From positions 50,592,001-50,656,000 of the forward strand of contig NC_043003.1 in the NCBI RefSeq assembly GCF_006345805.1: 64,000 nt of DNA, written 5' to 3'. Below the pieces are notes generated by a model. It was not told the DNA's origin, did no database searches, and saw only the letters and a program-made list of their open reading frames with translations. Within the stretch, counting starts at the first letter, position 1, and the number at the start of each line of letters is the position of its first letter. This DNA is from Octopus sinensis. Taxonomy: Eukaryota. The position numbers and the translations under genes were made by a program. Positions 1 through 12,382 of the stretch are shown here, piece by piece.

Positions 1-380
1 CAACAACAACAACAACAACAACAGCAGGAACAACAGCAACGATTACAACAGCAGTAACAGCAACGGCAGCAACCGCAGTAACAATAATAACAACAATCAC
101 TACTACTACTACTACTACTACTACTGCAAATGTAAGAGTAAGTGAAACAGCAGAAGCCAAAACAATAATAACATCAACAACAATAGCGTATATAAGAGCG
201 TGAGGAACAGTAACAAGAACAGACATAGACGCAAGAACAACAGCAACCATAACAACAACGACGACGACAATAGCAACAACAACAACAACAACAACAACAG
301 CGTCAATGATGGTAACCACAACAATAAGAGAAATTTGTAGCATAAAAATAGGAAAAACAACAGGGACAACAAGAAATGCT
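1..380. repeat. (CAA/CAG/CTA)n trinucleotide low-complexity tract
   Basis: Interrupted CAA/AAC repeats; in-frame stops break the poly-Q-like reading. Confidence 0.9.
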
Positions 381-720
381 TGAAAAAATATTACATAAAA
401 ATATTATAGCTTGGTCGGGTGAGGCGTATAAATAGTAAAAGGAAAAGAATATATGAGAATACACAAGGGAGAAAGAGAAAGAGAATGAGAGAGAGAAAAA
501 TGGCGAAAGAAATAGAAGGAATTAAAGTTGAATGGGAAGGAAATAAAGCAAAGACACAATGAAAGAAGCAAGAAATAAACAAACAAAATATATGTAAATA
601 TTCAGAAAAAAAAAATACCCGACCTAGCTGGAAACGGAAATATTGGTTTTCCTCGTTCCAACAGAGCGTCACGTATTTGTTGTTGTTGATTTCTTGCAAT
701 TTGTTTTTTTCTTCTTGTGT

Positions 721-726
721 GCGCGC

Positions 727-805
<79 letters not shown>

Positions 806-925
806 GTATTCTAATTTTAATTTTATTTTTTCATTCTTTTCCTTTCCTTTTTTTTTCTTCTAGGTCTGCAAAAGATTTCCGAACAAAAAAAAAACATTAT
901 CCTTTATATACTCTCGTTTTCCAAT

Positions 926-963
<38 letters not shown>

Positions 964-985
964 GTTGTTGTTGTTGTTGTTGTTA
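721..985. repeat. (GT)n followed by (CTA)n/(GTT)n microsatellites
   Basis: Directly visible perfect repeats. Confidence 0.95.
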
Positions 986-2014
986 TAGTAACAAGTTCTT
1001 GGCATCAGCATTTAGCATAATACGTTAAACCTCTAACGTTGTGCCAGGCGGGTGGAGCAAATTCCATTTGAAAAGAATTCAGACAAAGTAAAAGTGGACA
1101 TTAATATAATTGATGCAGAATTTTAATGAATTTTTATGAATTCAAGTTACACCTTTAGTGATGAGGAGTAAAAAAATGTCATTACCTCAATGATTAACTC
1201 TGGTCAAATAAACCAGGGTAATTAACTTGCTAATTCTAATAACTTAATATGATGACGCGTACATTTGCTGTTAACGCGTAAGTGTATCCTAGAAGGGGAA
1301 AGCATTCAATGTGGGATTTAGTCTCGAAGAAATAGTTCTTTCTGTTGATTTTGTATGTAATAACACATCGAACCAAGATCCTGTGAGGTGGGTTTAGACA
1401 TGTGCAAGCGAAATACTATCTCTGGTAGTTCGCTAACTTTACCAGTTTAATTTTTTTTTTTAGGAGAAATTTTTCTCCGAGAAAATATTCCGCAGTAAAT
1501 ACATTTCTTGATCCAGTGTACAAGAACATGCTAAAAATAAATGTATGTAACTTTATTTTGATCGTCACCGCGTTTAAACTTATACTAAATTAAATTAATT
1601 AAGTTAAATTAAAAATAGCGGGAAGTAAGAAGTGACACCTCTAGATACATTTTAGCCTCATTAGTACTCTTCATCAAGGCATAGCCTAACCCTTAATGTC
1701 AGCTCTTAAAAAGAATCACTGTAGTTGATATACAATTTACTGAATGAACACCGAATGATATTATAATGTAAAAAGAACAACGGTAGAAAATACATACGTA
1801 TTCGTGCTGCTTAAAAATCAAAGACAATTAGTAAATGGTAAGACAACCAAGAATTAATAACTCTTATAATTTGATATGAAAATCAAATTATCGGCGAAAC
1901 CAGAGCAAAGTTCTCACTTCTCCACTAGACCTTTTTTCTGCTTCTTTTATAGATTCCTTAACAGATTCACTCTGAAACAATTATATTTTCTTTTATTAAA
2001 AATGATATACAAAA

Positions 2015-2580
2015 GGCGCTGGCGTGGCTGCGTGGTAAGATGGTAAGAAGCTTAGTTTCCAGCCATATGGTTCCGGGTTCACTCTCACTGCGTGGTACCT
2101 TGGGCTGACCAAAGGATTGTGAGTGGGTTTGGTAGATGGAAACTGAAAGAATCCTGTAGTACAGTTACGAGGAGTGCTTTAGGGATATCACAAACGTCCT
2201 GGCTGGAAGCCAAACTTTCAAGTTCTTTTACAGAGCCTAGAAAAACTGAAGGACCGCTTAAATAAGTGTATGAATCTGAGAGGGGAATATGTTAAATAAA
2301 ATGATAATTAACTGATCCTCCTATATTTTCTTTTACCCAAAGACAGGAACTTTACATCACCCCCTCGTATGTGTGTGTATGTGTGTATTCCCAAGTCCTG
2401 CTTGACCACTGGTGATGGTGTGCTTACGTCCCCATAGCTTATCAGTTAGGCAAAAGAGACCGATAAACAAAGTACCAGGCTTAAAAAGGAAATAAGTAAT
2501 GGGGTAAATTGACTAAAATTCCTCAAGACAGTATCCAGCATGGCCGCAGTCTAATAATTTGAAACAAGTAAAAGATAAAA
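2015..2580 (+). mobile_element. SINE group A (tRNA-derived head, central microsatellite, 3' module), split by a mariner MITE
   Basis: Head GGCGTGGCTG..GTAAGAAGCTT..GGAAACTGAAAGAA and tail ..CAGCATGGCCGCAGTCTAAT..GAAACAAGTAAAAGATAAAA match many other copies in the window. Confidence 0.85.
2166..2369 (+). mobile_element. Mariner deletion derivative (MITE) nested in a SINE
   Basis: TA-flanked imperfect TIRs (TACGAGGAGTG / rc TACGAGGGGTG); the interior encodes a mariner C-terminus, KDRLNKCMNLRGEYVK*. Confidence 0.75.
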
Positions 2581-4489
2581 AAAATTTTTTTTAACTAAAA
2601 GAGAGTATCTGATCATAAAGGAGATATCCTATTTTTCGAAAGGTTTCTTTTAGGACATAGATGTATAAATGAGAAAAAATGTACCAAAAGTGAAACGAAG
2701 TTCTAAATAACTTAAAGACCTGAGATTAGAATATAATGGAGTATGTACTAAGACATTAAAAATCTGTAAAACTAAAAGAATAATACATATGTAAATAGTA
2801 AAATAACCAACTAAAAAAGAGTAGTAATATCTTTATATAGATTAATGAAGCGGATGATTTAATGGCAGTACATTTGAACTTGTTCTATATTTGATTCGTA
2901 TTTGGTTAAAATTCCTGTTAGGTTTCATCAGACTTTGAAATTATTTCATACTGTTCTGTTAGTTGTATTTTTAGAACACACTAGTATTTTGGTCAATATT
3001 TATCAAATTTGTTTTTGAGATGTCGTTTATTAGTTGTTAAAATGTAATATGAAATCTTCAAAATACGTTGCTTATTAGTGTTATATTATGAATATTTTTA
3101 CTGATATGATCAATGGACAAAAAAAAATTCTGCCTTCCGTCTTCAGATGTACTGATTAATGATCAAAATATTTTCGATAACTAACCATTATGAAGTTGTT
3201 TAGTTGCTTATTTCACTAGATATATGTGTTTGCTAACAATATGTAATTCATGCTGTTAAAAATAATAATGTATTTTTTATGAAGTAAAGTTTTTGTATAC
3301 TTATTTATTATAACTAGTCTGTACTTATGAATCCCTCGTCTGGAGCAGCTGTTCATAAGCATTTTTCTTTTATTTTGGATTTCATGAAAGCGGGGTGATC
3401 GAAGTAAATCAACCATGATTATACCGTCACTTTCGTATTATCACAAATAAGGCAGGGTGTGATGTCAGAGATATTTAGCACCGACACATAACAAACCAAC
3501 TAATATAAAGTTGCAACATCTTTATTTACATAGATTAATGAAGTGGACAATCAAACGCACACAGGGTTGTCCCTGATGATAGTGAAACAGAAAAAAAAAA
3601 CTAATGAAATAAAATAACTGTATTACATATGAGGGACGCCCCACCATATTTGTATTTAATATGTAAAATTGTCTACGGGGGAATTTTTATTTAGTGACGA
3701 TCATGATATGATTTACAGCTCTTGGTTACTGAAACACTTTCTGTGTGATATTCAATTCCTCAGTGTTTGTTATATTTATGTAGTTATACACGTCTGTTCT
3801 GTTCCATTAGGATGTTGGTCTCCACCAAGTTGTTTTATTTTTATGTGAACTATTATTACTGTTTGGTCGCAGTTGTTTTTCTTTCCTTTTGGTTAGTATT
3901 GTAATGCAATCTTTTATTAACATAAACAGAAAAGTGTATCAATGTAAAGAGCTCCAAATTTATTTGGCAATGTAAATATTGTTCGTATAACGGCTTTTAG
4001 ATGACACAATATGAATATTGTTCGATGTTTGTTTATATAGTTTTCATTCTTAAATGGAAAACATCATGAAGCTGCTCTTCACAGACGGTTAACAATGTTC
4101 GAAATCTGTTGGTAAGTATCTTTAACATTTTCAGACAATTAATTTACTGGTATTATTAAAATGCCATGTGACCATGACAAATGTTGATTTGACAAACGAG
4201 ATGGTGAGAATTATTATATCTGACGATTTGCAATTTCGAGGAACGAATTGAGTGATACGCATCTTACACGAGAAATTCTTTGAAATACTACATATTTAAT
4301 GAAACAGAGAACATTATTTCAGATATTAAAATATTTACTGTACACACCATAATAATTGTTGCTTTTAACCAAAAGGTGGCAAACAAGCAGAACCGTTTGA
4401 ACGTCGATATTTGTTCCGGATTTCTGCGTTCTGTGTTCAAATCCACCAGAGATAGACTTTGCTTTCCATCCTTTCAGTATCGTAAATAA

Positions 4490-4862
4490 TCCTTTCTACA
4501 ATAGGCACAAGGCCTGACATTTCTGGGGAGGAGTAAGTCGATGGCATCAACCCCAGTACTTCACTGATACTTAATTTATAGACCCCGAAAGCATGAAAGG
4601 CAAAGTCGACCTCGGCGGAATTTGAACTCAGGACGTAAAGACGGGCGAAATACCTATTTCTTTACTACACACACAAGGGGCTAAACACAGAGGGGACAAA
4701 CAAGGACAGACAAACAGATTAAGTTGATTACATCGACCCCAGTACGTAACTGGTACTTATTTAATCGACCCGAAAGGATGAAAGGCAGAGTCGACCTCGG
4801 CGGAATTTGAACTCAGAACGAAGCAGCAGACGAAATACCGCTAAGCATTTTGCTCGGCGCAG
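4490..4862 (-). mobile_element. SINE group B, head-to-tail dimer
   Basis: Two units containing GAGTTCAAATTCCGCCGAGGTCGAC (B-box-like), joined at AAATAGG|TATTTCG. Confidence 0.85.
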
Positions 4863-5169
4863 AGTCGTAAGTAATGATTCCAGTACTGGAGTAGATCTGG
4901 ATTGTACATATAATTTAAGGTTTCCTATATTTAGCTGGCTCAGTCTGAGAATTAGTTTAAGGATATACATTTTTCAAGAATATTCAGTCGTTTATACGTT
5001 AATTACAGGAATATGAATTTAGTCGATCAAACAACTGAATGCTCGTCGCCTCAAAACCGACGGAGAATCCCACCGGTAGAAAGAAGAAATATTCCAGACA
5101 CGCATCCGATGTAAGAAACCGATGAGCGGTGAACCGATTACTTAAAACAGATGGTGGCCAAATGTCACC

Positions 5170-5487
5170 TACGAGAGGTGTTCATTAAAGAAATCCTTCC
5201 TCATCTCCTTCACTCTCCCGACCTTCCACCTCTTTCCAAGCATGAAGTCTTTTTTGAAGCCGAAGCACTTTTCGGATGATGAACTTATTTCCGAGGTATA
5301 GTCTTGGCTTCAGACGCAACCTACCTACTTCTATAAACAATGTCTTCAAAACCGCATAAAGCAATGGGAGAAGTGTGTCACCAATGATGGTGGCTATGTA
5401 GAGAAGGACTAATAATTATGCCAAGTTTCCTTTATCCCAGTCCTTGAGAAGTAGATCAGGGGAAATCTTTAATGAACACCCCTCGTA
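5170..5487 (+). mobile_element. Mariner internal-deletion MITE
   Basis: TA-flanked TIRs of about 27 bp (TACGAGAGGTGTTCATTAAAGAAATCC vs rc TACGAGGGGTGTTCATTAAAGATTTCC); relic peptide PHLLHSPDL...WEKCVTNDGGYVEKD*. Confidence 0.9.
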
Positions 5488-6245
5488 TATTATCAGTAAA
5501 GTACAGTCCTAAATCGAAAGCAGTGATGAACTCTTGCCAGAGAAATACTCAAAGGGTCGTTTATCGATATGGTAATGCCAGGAGGAGGAATATAAGAGAG
5601 AAAAAGTACAGCAAGTGAAAATTATGGATAAGATAAGTTTAAGAAAGCGGCTATTGTATCGCTTTATTATCATCCTTATAACACGAGGATGGAAATATAA
5701 TTAGGGAAACATCAGAGTAACAAGAGAAATTTATTAAAGATATTATTTCAATCAATTACCAAGAGTTACAGAACAAAACGACACAATATGTCCAGTATAA
5801 TTACCAAATGACCATAAAATGGCAATTATGTGACCGGTTCATAATAAAGATGACCTTTTACATAACAAATGCTTTTGTGGTCATAGAAACAGCTATAGTC
5901 TAAGGGGAACAGAAGTAAAAAATATTCACCGCAAACTATTTATATATTGAATGAAATATAATCATGACACAAGTTTGAATGATAAGCATCTCTTAGATTT
6001 TCACGCTTTATATTTGGATAATTCATTTAGTCAAGTTGTCGCCAGCTGATATTATGATATTAATATAATATAATATTAGTATATTATAATATTGATTTAT
6101 TAGGAAACATTTTATTCCAGGTGATATGCGTGGACATCATTTGATTTCTCAATCACTTGGAAATTTGTCTCATGTGTGTGTGTACATATGTGTGTATGCA
6201 TATATTGTGTTTATACCACCACACACAAACACGCACATATATATG

Positions 6246-7098
6246 CACGATTTGCGTTCAAAATGTATACGACTTCACTTTCTCCCGACAAAACTAATGC
6301 GGCATGGTAAATATGCTCTGGGTGCGAGGTAACGCAGGCGTGAAGATTTTCGTGACATGTAGACCGCACCAGTTTCTGGTTGCTACGCCTAGAATACAGA
6401 CTTATAATGCGTGCTCGTCGACTTTTCTCAATCACGCAAGATGCCCGAATGCATCGAGCAGAGATCAAAAATCCATGTCTCATCACCAGTGGCGATGGTC
6501 TTCATGAATTCTGGGTCGCACTTTGCACAGTTCTGAGCATTTCTGAGAAATGTCCATGTCGAGTGGCTAATGCTGCTCCACCAGCACCTAAGGGGCGATT
6601 TTCGCCCAAACCTTCCACATGCACAAATATTCCGTTAAAAGGGAATACACTGACCCTGTGCTTTTTATGGATTGTTACACAACAGTCTTCCATGAATATA
6701 CGCCAAACCTTCTCAATCGGCTCCTCATTTCGTCTTGTGGATCGCCTACCCGAGCGTACCTCACTTTCCACTGAAATGCAGCCATGATTGAAGCTGTTGT
6801 ACCATTCCATGGCCTGGGTTTTGTTCATGGCATCATCACCAAAGGCTTGAACTTAGCTTTGCAAAACATGATGCAATTTCTCTGCCAGGTGCATTCGGTG
6901 AAAACGGAAATCTGACGAGCGTACACTACATATCTTGCTCTAGGTTTAACAGCCGGGAAATGATGCTCCCTGCCGGCGCGAAAATTTTCATGCACGTTCA
7001 GGAAGGGTAGTGTCACCTCGCACCTAAAGGATATTTACTACGTGCCATTAGTTTTGTCGGGAGAAAATAAAGTCGGTTACTTTTTGAACGCACCTGTA
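6246..7098 (-). mobile_element. Mariner transposon, internally deleted and frameshifted
   Basis: TIRs of about 47 bp at 6253-6299 and 7046-7092; minus-strand peptides MNKTQAMEWYNSF..RSGRRST (HTH) and FMKTIATGDETWIFD (first catalytic Asp). Confidence 0.9.
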
Positions 7099-7450
7099 TA
7101 TATATATATAAACATCTATGTATGTTTTTATGAACATAGATACACACACACACACACACATATATGTATGTATATATATATATATATATATATAATATAT
7201 GACGGGCTTATTTCTTATGTTGATTCTGTTCCTTGAAATATTATTTGTATTACATCATTTGATGTTTGCATCGTGATACAAGGGAAATTAAATAAATGTC
7301 TAGTATATTTATTCTCCATTTTCTTATATTAACGGTTTATACCTATATATTGCGGAACTTCAATATATAATATTGATATCACCAGTTGATATATATATTA
7401 TATATTATATATATATATATATATTATATACTATATATATATATATATAT

Positions 7451-7924
7451 ACCTAGTTACAGTGAATACATCCACTTGTTTTCAATAATAGAATATTAAA
7501 ATTACTAAGTCTCTTTAAAGGAGATTACGGCAGCGTTACTGGATATTAATAGTTATCGCCATACTAATATGGTAGTCTATAAATATAAGACTAAAGCTGT
7601 CGCTGATTAGCTCCAAGAGGCCATCGCCTCTAGCTAGCTATTTGACACACGAACCTGCGTCCATTACAACCTTCGAACAGGGGAGGTCAGCCGCTTCACC
7701 TTGTTAGTCAGACATCTGCAGACATGTTTCAGGGTTGTTGCCCTTTATCAATGCAGCGTAGTCAGACCCGCAGGTGTCGCTACTGACCGTCTGTTCGAAG
7801 ATTTTATTTACCTAGTTACAGTGGAATACATCCACTTGTCTTCAATAATAGAAATATTAAAATTACTAAGTCTCTCTAAAGGAGATTACGGCAGCGTTAC
7901 TGGATATTAATAGTTATCGCCATA

Positions 7925-7931
<7 letters not shown>
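7451..7931 (-). mobile_element. Small non-coding HHR-bearing unit (pLTR/retrozyme-like) with about 120 bp direct terminal redundancy
   Basis: 7451-7570 is repeated at 7810-7931 (period 359); the unit is embedded in (TA)n and contains an HHR. Confidence 0.75.
7716..7756 (-). ncRNA. Minimal type I hammerhead ribozyme, U3-A8 variant
   Basis: CUGCA-UUGAUAA-AGGG(caacaa)CCCU-GAAA-CAUG-UC-UGCAG: 5-bp stem I, 4-bp stem II, palindromic stem III, GUC triplet. Confidence 0.8.
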
Positions 7932-7954
<23 letters not shown>

Positions 7955-7958
<4 letters not shown>

Positions 7959-8090
7959 CCGTTAAATATCAACCCAGATGGGACTTGAATCCACAGTCTT
8001 CGTCCTGTGGCCTAATGGATAAGGTGTGAGCCTCCAGAATCGAAGATTGTGGGTTCAAGTTCAATCAGATCTATATTCAAAGATATAATT
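7955..8090 (+). pseudogene. tRNA-Arg-like head (8002-8071) with an upstream inverted partial copy
   Basis: GTGGCCTAATGGATAAGG A-box and GGTTCAAGT B-box; acceptor and anticodon stems are broken; 7975-8002 is the reverse complement of 8041-8068. Confidence 0.7.
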
Positions 8091-8214
8091 TTCTTGGCTT
8101 ACGGTATATATCTTATCTTATTTCTACTAGAGCTTTATATATATATGTCTTCTTTAAAGACATTTTGACGTGATTTGAGTAAGATTAGGCTGCTATTTTC
8201 AGCAATTCAATGAC

Positions 8215-9235
8215 ATCGTTCTCTGTGACTTCTTTAAGCTCCACATCATGTGCAAGTGTCACGATATCTTTCCAAATTTGATATAAACATTCTGCTCGTA
8301 AAACTTATAAATTCAGGGGTACACTGGTCATTTATCTTACTAAGGACTATTGATGGTTTCTGTTCATCCCATTACTCAGCGATGATATCAAGAACATACA
8401 TTATGTGAAACGTCTCCCAAGCGTCTCTCACTGTAGGTTTAGCCTTTCTTTCAATTGCTCTCAGAGGCTGTTTGAACGTTCTTCTCTTATCATCCATTGG
8501 CTGGAGCAAAGAAATTGTATTCTTAGCAACATATTCTACACTCCCATTATCAGAAATCTCGTTTCAGTTCACAGGGTTGTTTGATTCATTGTCCAAGATG
8601 AACAATGCTTTCCTGGAAATAATTTGTCTGTCGCTGTAACTTTCTACTGCGAAACAAAAAGTGTTCGTAAATCACTTTTCGAAAAAGCTCTTTAAACGCC
8701 AAATCAGAGGCAAATTAAACTTTGTGTAAATTTTGAATATGATATAGTGTTGGGGAATTTCATCCTAGAAGAGGCGTCAGACGATTTGATTTTTCGAATC
8801 TTTAAATCCTGGTATTGATTTTACTTATTGAGAAATAGAAGTTCGAGCAGATATAAGCTTTTAGAAAAGTACATTTTCGTAAACATTGTACAGTGGCTCT
8901 GATATGTAGCCTCCTTCGACAATCACATTTTAAAGCTCTTCGTGGTAATTAGAAGTCGCTTTTGTTCTAGAACTAGTAGCATTATTCATAACTGTCATGT
9001 TATGCAAATTCAAACGCTTCTTAAAACTTTCAAACCAAATTTTACTTGCTAGAAAATGTTTCTCATTAGAAGTTTAACCTTCCTTTTTCTGCAGGTCGTC
9101 GAACGAACTTTTTTTATTCACTATTGTACTTATGTGATTCTTGATTCTTACGCCTAAAACTCGTCCATTTTTACGCATTTCACTTTACGTCGAGATATAA
9201 ATTCATTGATAAATGTTTTTGTCCATACAAGACCG
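8215..9235 (-). mobile_element. Decayed Tigger/pogo transposase
   Basis: Minus-strand relics FLASKIWFESFKKRLNLHN (CENP-B-type HTH), RKALFILDN and KNTISLLQPMD; many stops and frameshifts. Confidence 0.8.
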
Positions 9236-9989
9236 GTGAGACAAACTGCTAATACGATATGACACAACACAATAAACAGAATATTAATTTGAAAATTTAT
9301 TTAGATATTTCAATATAAGGATTTTCCTTAAATTGCTTTATGATGTTCCTGGAATATGGTATACAATCAATAAGTCTTTGGATAAAATATCACGATACGA
9401 CAACATGAAATAACAATAATCCACAGAGAAACAATAGCAAACAAACTAACTGGAAAAGGCAGACGATACTAGCTGAAAAGGTAGTCACTAATTTATAGGA
9501 TGAACTAATGATGAGAAATTAGGAAGGATAAAGTGAGAAATATCAAATATTATGGACGCGGTAGGTAGATATGATGACGTTGTTTAATGCTTGCGAACGT
9601 GCGTATGTGTGTGTGTGTGTATTTGCATTTTTGCATATGTGTGTGTGTGTGTGTTTGCGAGTGTATTAGTATATCAGTTCATATATACGATACCAGAGAA
9701 ACAGGAAACAGACGAAATATCACGAACACAAAGAAGGTCAATTTGCATTGCAAAAGATTTTGCGAAAGTGCTAGAATCGTCGAAGTCAATATCAGCAATT
9801 CCTTTAACGTCAGAATTTCAAATTAATTCATAGAAATGAATTGGTTTGGAAATCCTAGAAATAAATATTTGCACTTAAACTGAAAATATCTCTTTTGTAC
9901 AAGGAGACATTAGCGAAACAATTTAATATAAACGAAACTAAGAAAAAAATTATATTTGTGTGTATATGTATATGTATATTTGTATGTAT

Positions 9990-10098
9990 GTATGTACGTA
10001 TATAATATATATATATATATATATAATATATATATATATACATATATATATATATTATATTATATATCTATATATTAATATATATATATATATTATAT

Positions 10099-10129
<31 letters not shown>

Positions 10130-10132
10130 AAT

Positions 10133-10197
<65 letters not shown>

Positions 10198-10286
10198 ATA
10201 TATATATATATAATATATATTATATATATAATATCATATTATATAGATATTATGAACCATTGTCTTGTACCATACATAATACATGC

Positions 10287-10335
<49 letters not shown>
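9990..10335. repeat. (TA)n and (CA)n microsatellites
   Basis: Directly visible. Confidence 0.95.
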
Positions 10336-10336
<1 letters not shown>

Positions 10337-10442
10337 ATTTTAAAATAGGATAAAAACTTTATAAGAATTTATCAAGTAGTCAGCGTGAAAAAACTCATAA
10401 GGGAACATTTTTATAATTATTCCCTTTAAATATATTTATTTA

Positions 10443-10580
10443 TATTAAGGGTATTACTACATGTAAAAGCCTAACGCTATGAGGGACTCTTAAAGTCAAA
10501 ATGCCATATTTATTATGTTAGTTTTGACTTTAAGAGTCCCTCATAGCGTGAAGTATTTACGTGTAGTAATACCCTTAATA
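10443..10580. repeat. Hairpin with arms of about 59 bp
   Basis: 10443-10501 is the reverse complement of 10522-10580, with a perfect core CGCTATGAGGGACTCTTAAAGTCAAAA. Confidence 0.9.
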
Positions 10581-10600
10581 ACATATATATATATATATAT

Positions 10601-10665
10601 AAATTGATCAAAATAAAAACATGATGCGAAGGATTCAGCGATCATGTTTTTATTTTGATCAATTT
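10601..10665. repeat. Perfect 25-bp-arm hairpin
   Basis: AAATTGATCAAAATAAAAACATGAT, then a 15-nt loop, then the exact reverse complement. Confidence 0.95.
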
Positions 10666-10735
10666 ACTCCACCACCTACACCACCAAACGGTATACACAG
10701 GTGCTTATTATTATCAAGTACTCACCCCGAATTTC

Positions 10736-10767
<32 letters not shown>

Positions 10768-10907
10768 ATATATATATAATGTATTGATCCGTGTTATAAT
10801 TTAACAAATAGAGCACTCCATCTGGTGAGATTCAAATATTGTTGTCTAACGGTCACAATACATGTCTTTGGGCGCTACTAATAGTTTCACGTGTCTGAAA
10901 AGCCAAA

Positions 10908-11674
10908 CACGTTCTTTAGGCGAAGATCACTCTTCATGCTGAACTAAGAACTTTAAATATGGCGTGGGCCGTGAGAAAACGCGAAAAAACGTGCAAAATT
11001 GGTAGCATATACAAAAAAACCTAACTTCTAATTGGAAAAATGAACACATGAGACCTATGTAAATGTAAATAATGTATGAAATTAAATGCAAATTAAATGT
11101 AAATTGTGTAAGGAGAGTAAAAGTGTATAAAATATAAGGTGAAAACGTAGAATTATAAATCTAAGAAATGTCGGGAATATAAAAATTTATAAAAGTTATA
11201 AAGTATAAAAAATAAACCTAAAAATAAATACTAAAATAAAGGGTGGGGGAACTATAGTAGTAAGCGATCTAACTTCCTTAGTCTTTAAATAATAAAGTCG
11301 GGTGAGGGGCTGTCAAACCAATCTGGGATGGGTGGGGTTGTCCAGTTCTTCAAAATATATTACAGACCTCGAGTTCATTATATTTTAGGTTTATTTTTTA
11401 TCCTTTATTCCCGACATTTTTTATATTTATACCTCTATATTTTCACCTTATGTTTTATACATTTTTACTCTCCTTACACAATTTACATTTTATTTGCATT
11501 TAATTTCATACATTATTTACATTTTCATCAGGTCTCCTGGTTTCTTTTTTCTGATTAGAAGTTAGGATTTTCTCTATCTACAATTTTTCACCCTTTTGCG
11601 CATTTTCTCACGCCCCACGCTATAACTAATGTTTTTAGTTCAGCACGAAGAGTGGTCTGCGCCTGAAGAACGTG
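10908..11674. repeat. Diverged inverted repeat with arms of about 300 bp
   Basis: 10908-11228 aligns to the reverse complement of 11381-11674, with many substitutions. Confidence 0.85.
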
Positions 11675-11788
11675 TATTGTGACCCTAACAATGCAATATG
11701 TGTATGTGTGTGAAAGCAAACAAACAAACGAAGTTTGCTTTAGAAGCGTTGAGATGTCTTAGAAAGTTAAAGAAGGGATTTCTTTTTT

Positions 11789-12321
11789 AAATTCTCAAAC
11801 GCAGAATAATGCTAATAATATAGCCTGAACAGGATAAACTGCCCCTAATTTTCAGAAAAAGTGTTGACGGCTAATTATGAGACTCGAACTCGCACCCCCG
11901 TGATTACGCGTCGCGGTGCTCTAACCTTTAAGCTAAACAGCCCTCACCACAAATACTTACGCAAATTTAAGATATATAGAAATCTCGCTTTATGAGATGC
12001 TATCGCACGTTAAATTCAAATTACAATGAAAGTATACAAACAAACGAAGGTTCCTTTAGACGTGTTGAGATGTCTTAGGCAGTTAAAGTTGAATTTAACG
12101 TGCGATAGCGCCTCATAAAGCGAGATTTATGTATATCTTAAATTTGCAAAAGAATTTATAGTAAGGGAAGTTTAGCTTAAAAGTTAGAGCACCGCGACGC
12201 GTAATCACGGGGGTGCGAGTTCGAGTCTTACAGCTGGCAGCAAACACTTTTTTCCTGAAAATTAAGGGTTGTTTATCCTGTTCGGGGTATATTATTAGCA
12301 TTATCCGGCGTTTGAGAATTT
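11789..12321. mobile_element. Fold-back unit with arms of about 230 bp, each carrying an internal tRNA-Thr(CGU)-like sequence
   Basis: Arms at 11789-12019 and 12089-12321; tRNA-like segments at 11869-11942 (-) and about 12165-12240 (+). Confidence 0.8.
11869..11942 (-). pseudogene. tRNA-Thr(CGU)-like sequence
   Basis: Cloverleaf GGCTGTT..TAGCTTAAAGGTTAGAGC..CCGCG-A-CGCGTAA-T-CACGG..GGTGCGAGTTCGAGTCTC..AATTAGCC, with mismatches in three stems. Confidence 0.65.
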
Positions 12322-12382
12322 GAAACAAAATCACGTCTTTTATATATATATATATATATAATATATATATATATATAATATA

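Noticed and set aside
1638-1680. TTGATGA-A-GAGT..GGCT-AAAA-TGTA-TC on the minus strand
   Set aside because: Too many deviations; it may be a fossil HHR but cannot be supported.
3573-3590. CTGATGA-TAGT-GAAA
   Set aside because: No stem II, stem III or stem I pairing.
11645-11675. CACGAAGA..GCGCCTGAAGAACGTG hammerhead-like words in the fold-back arm
   Set aside because: I could not build a consistent core and stems on either strand.
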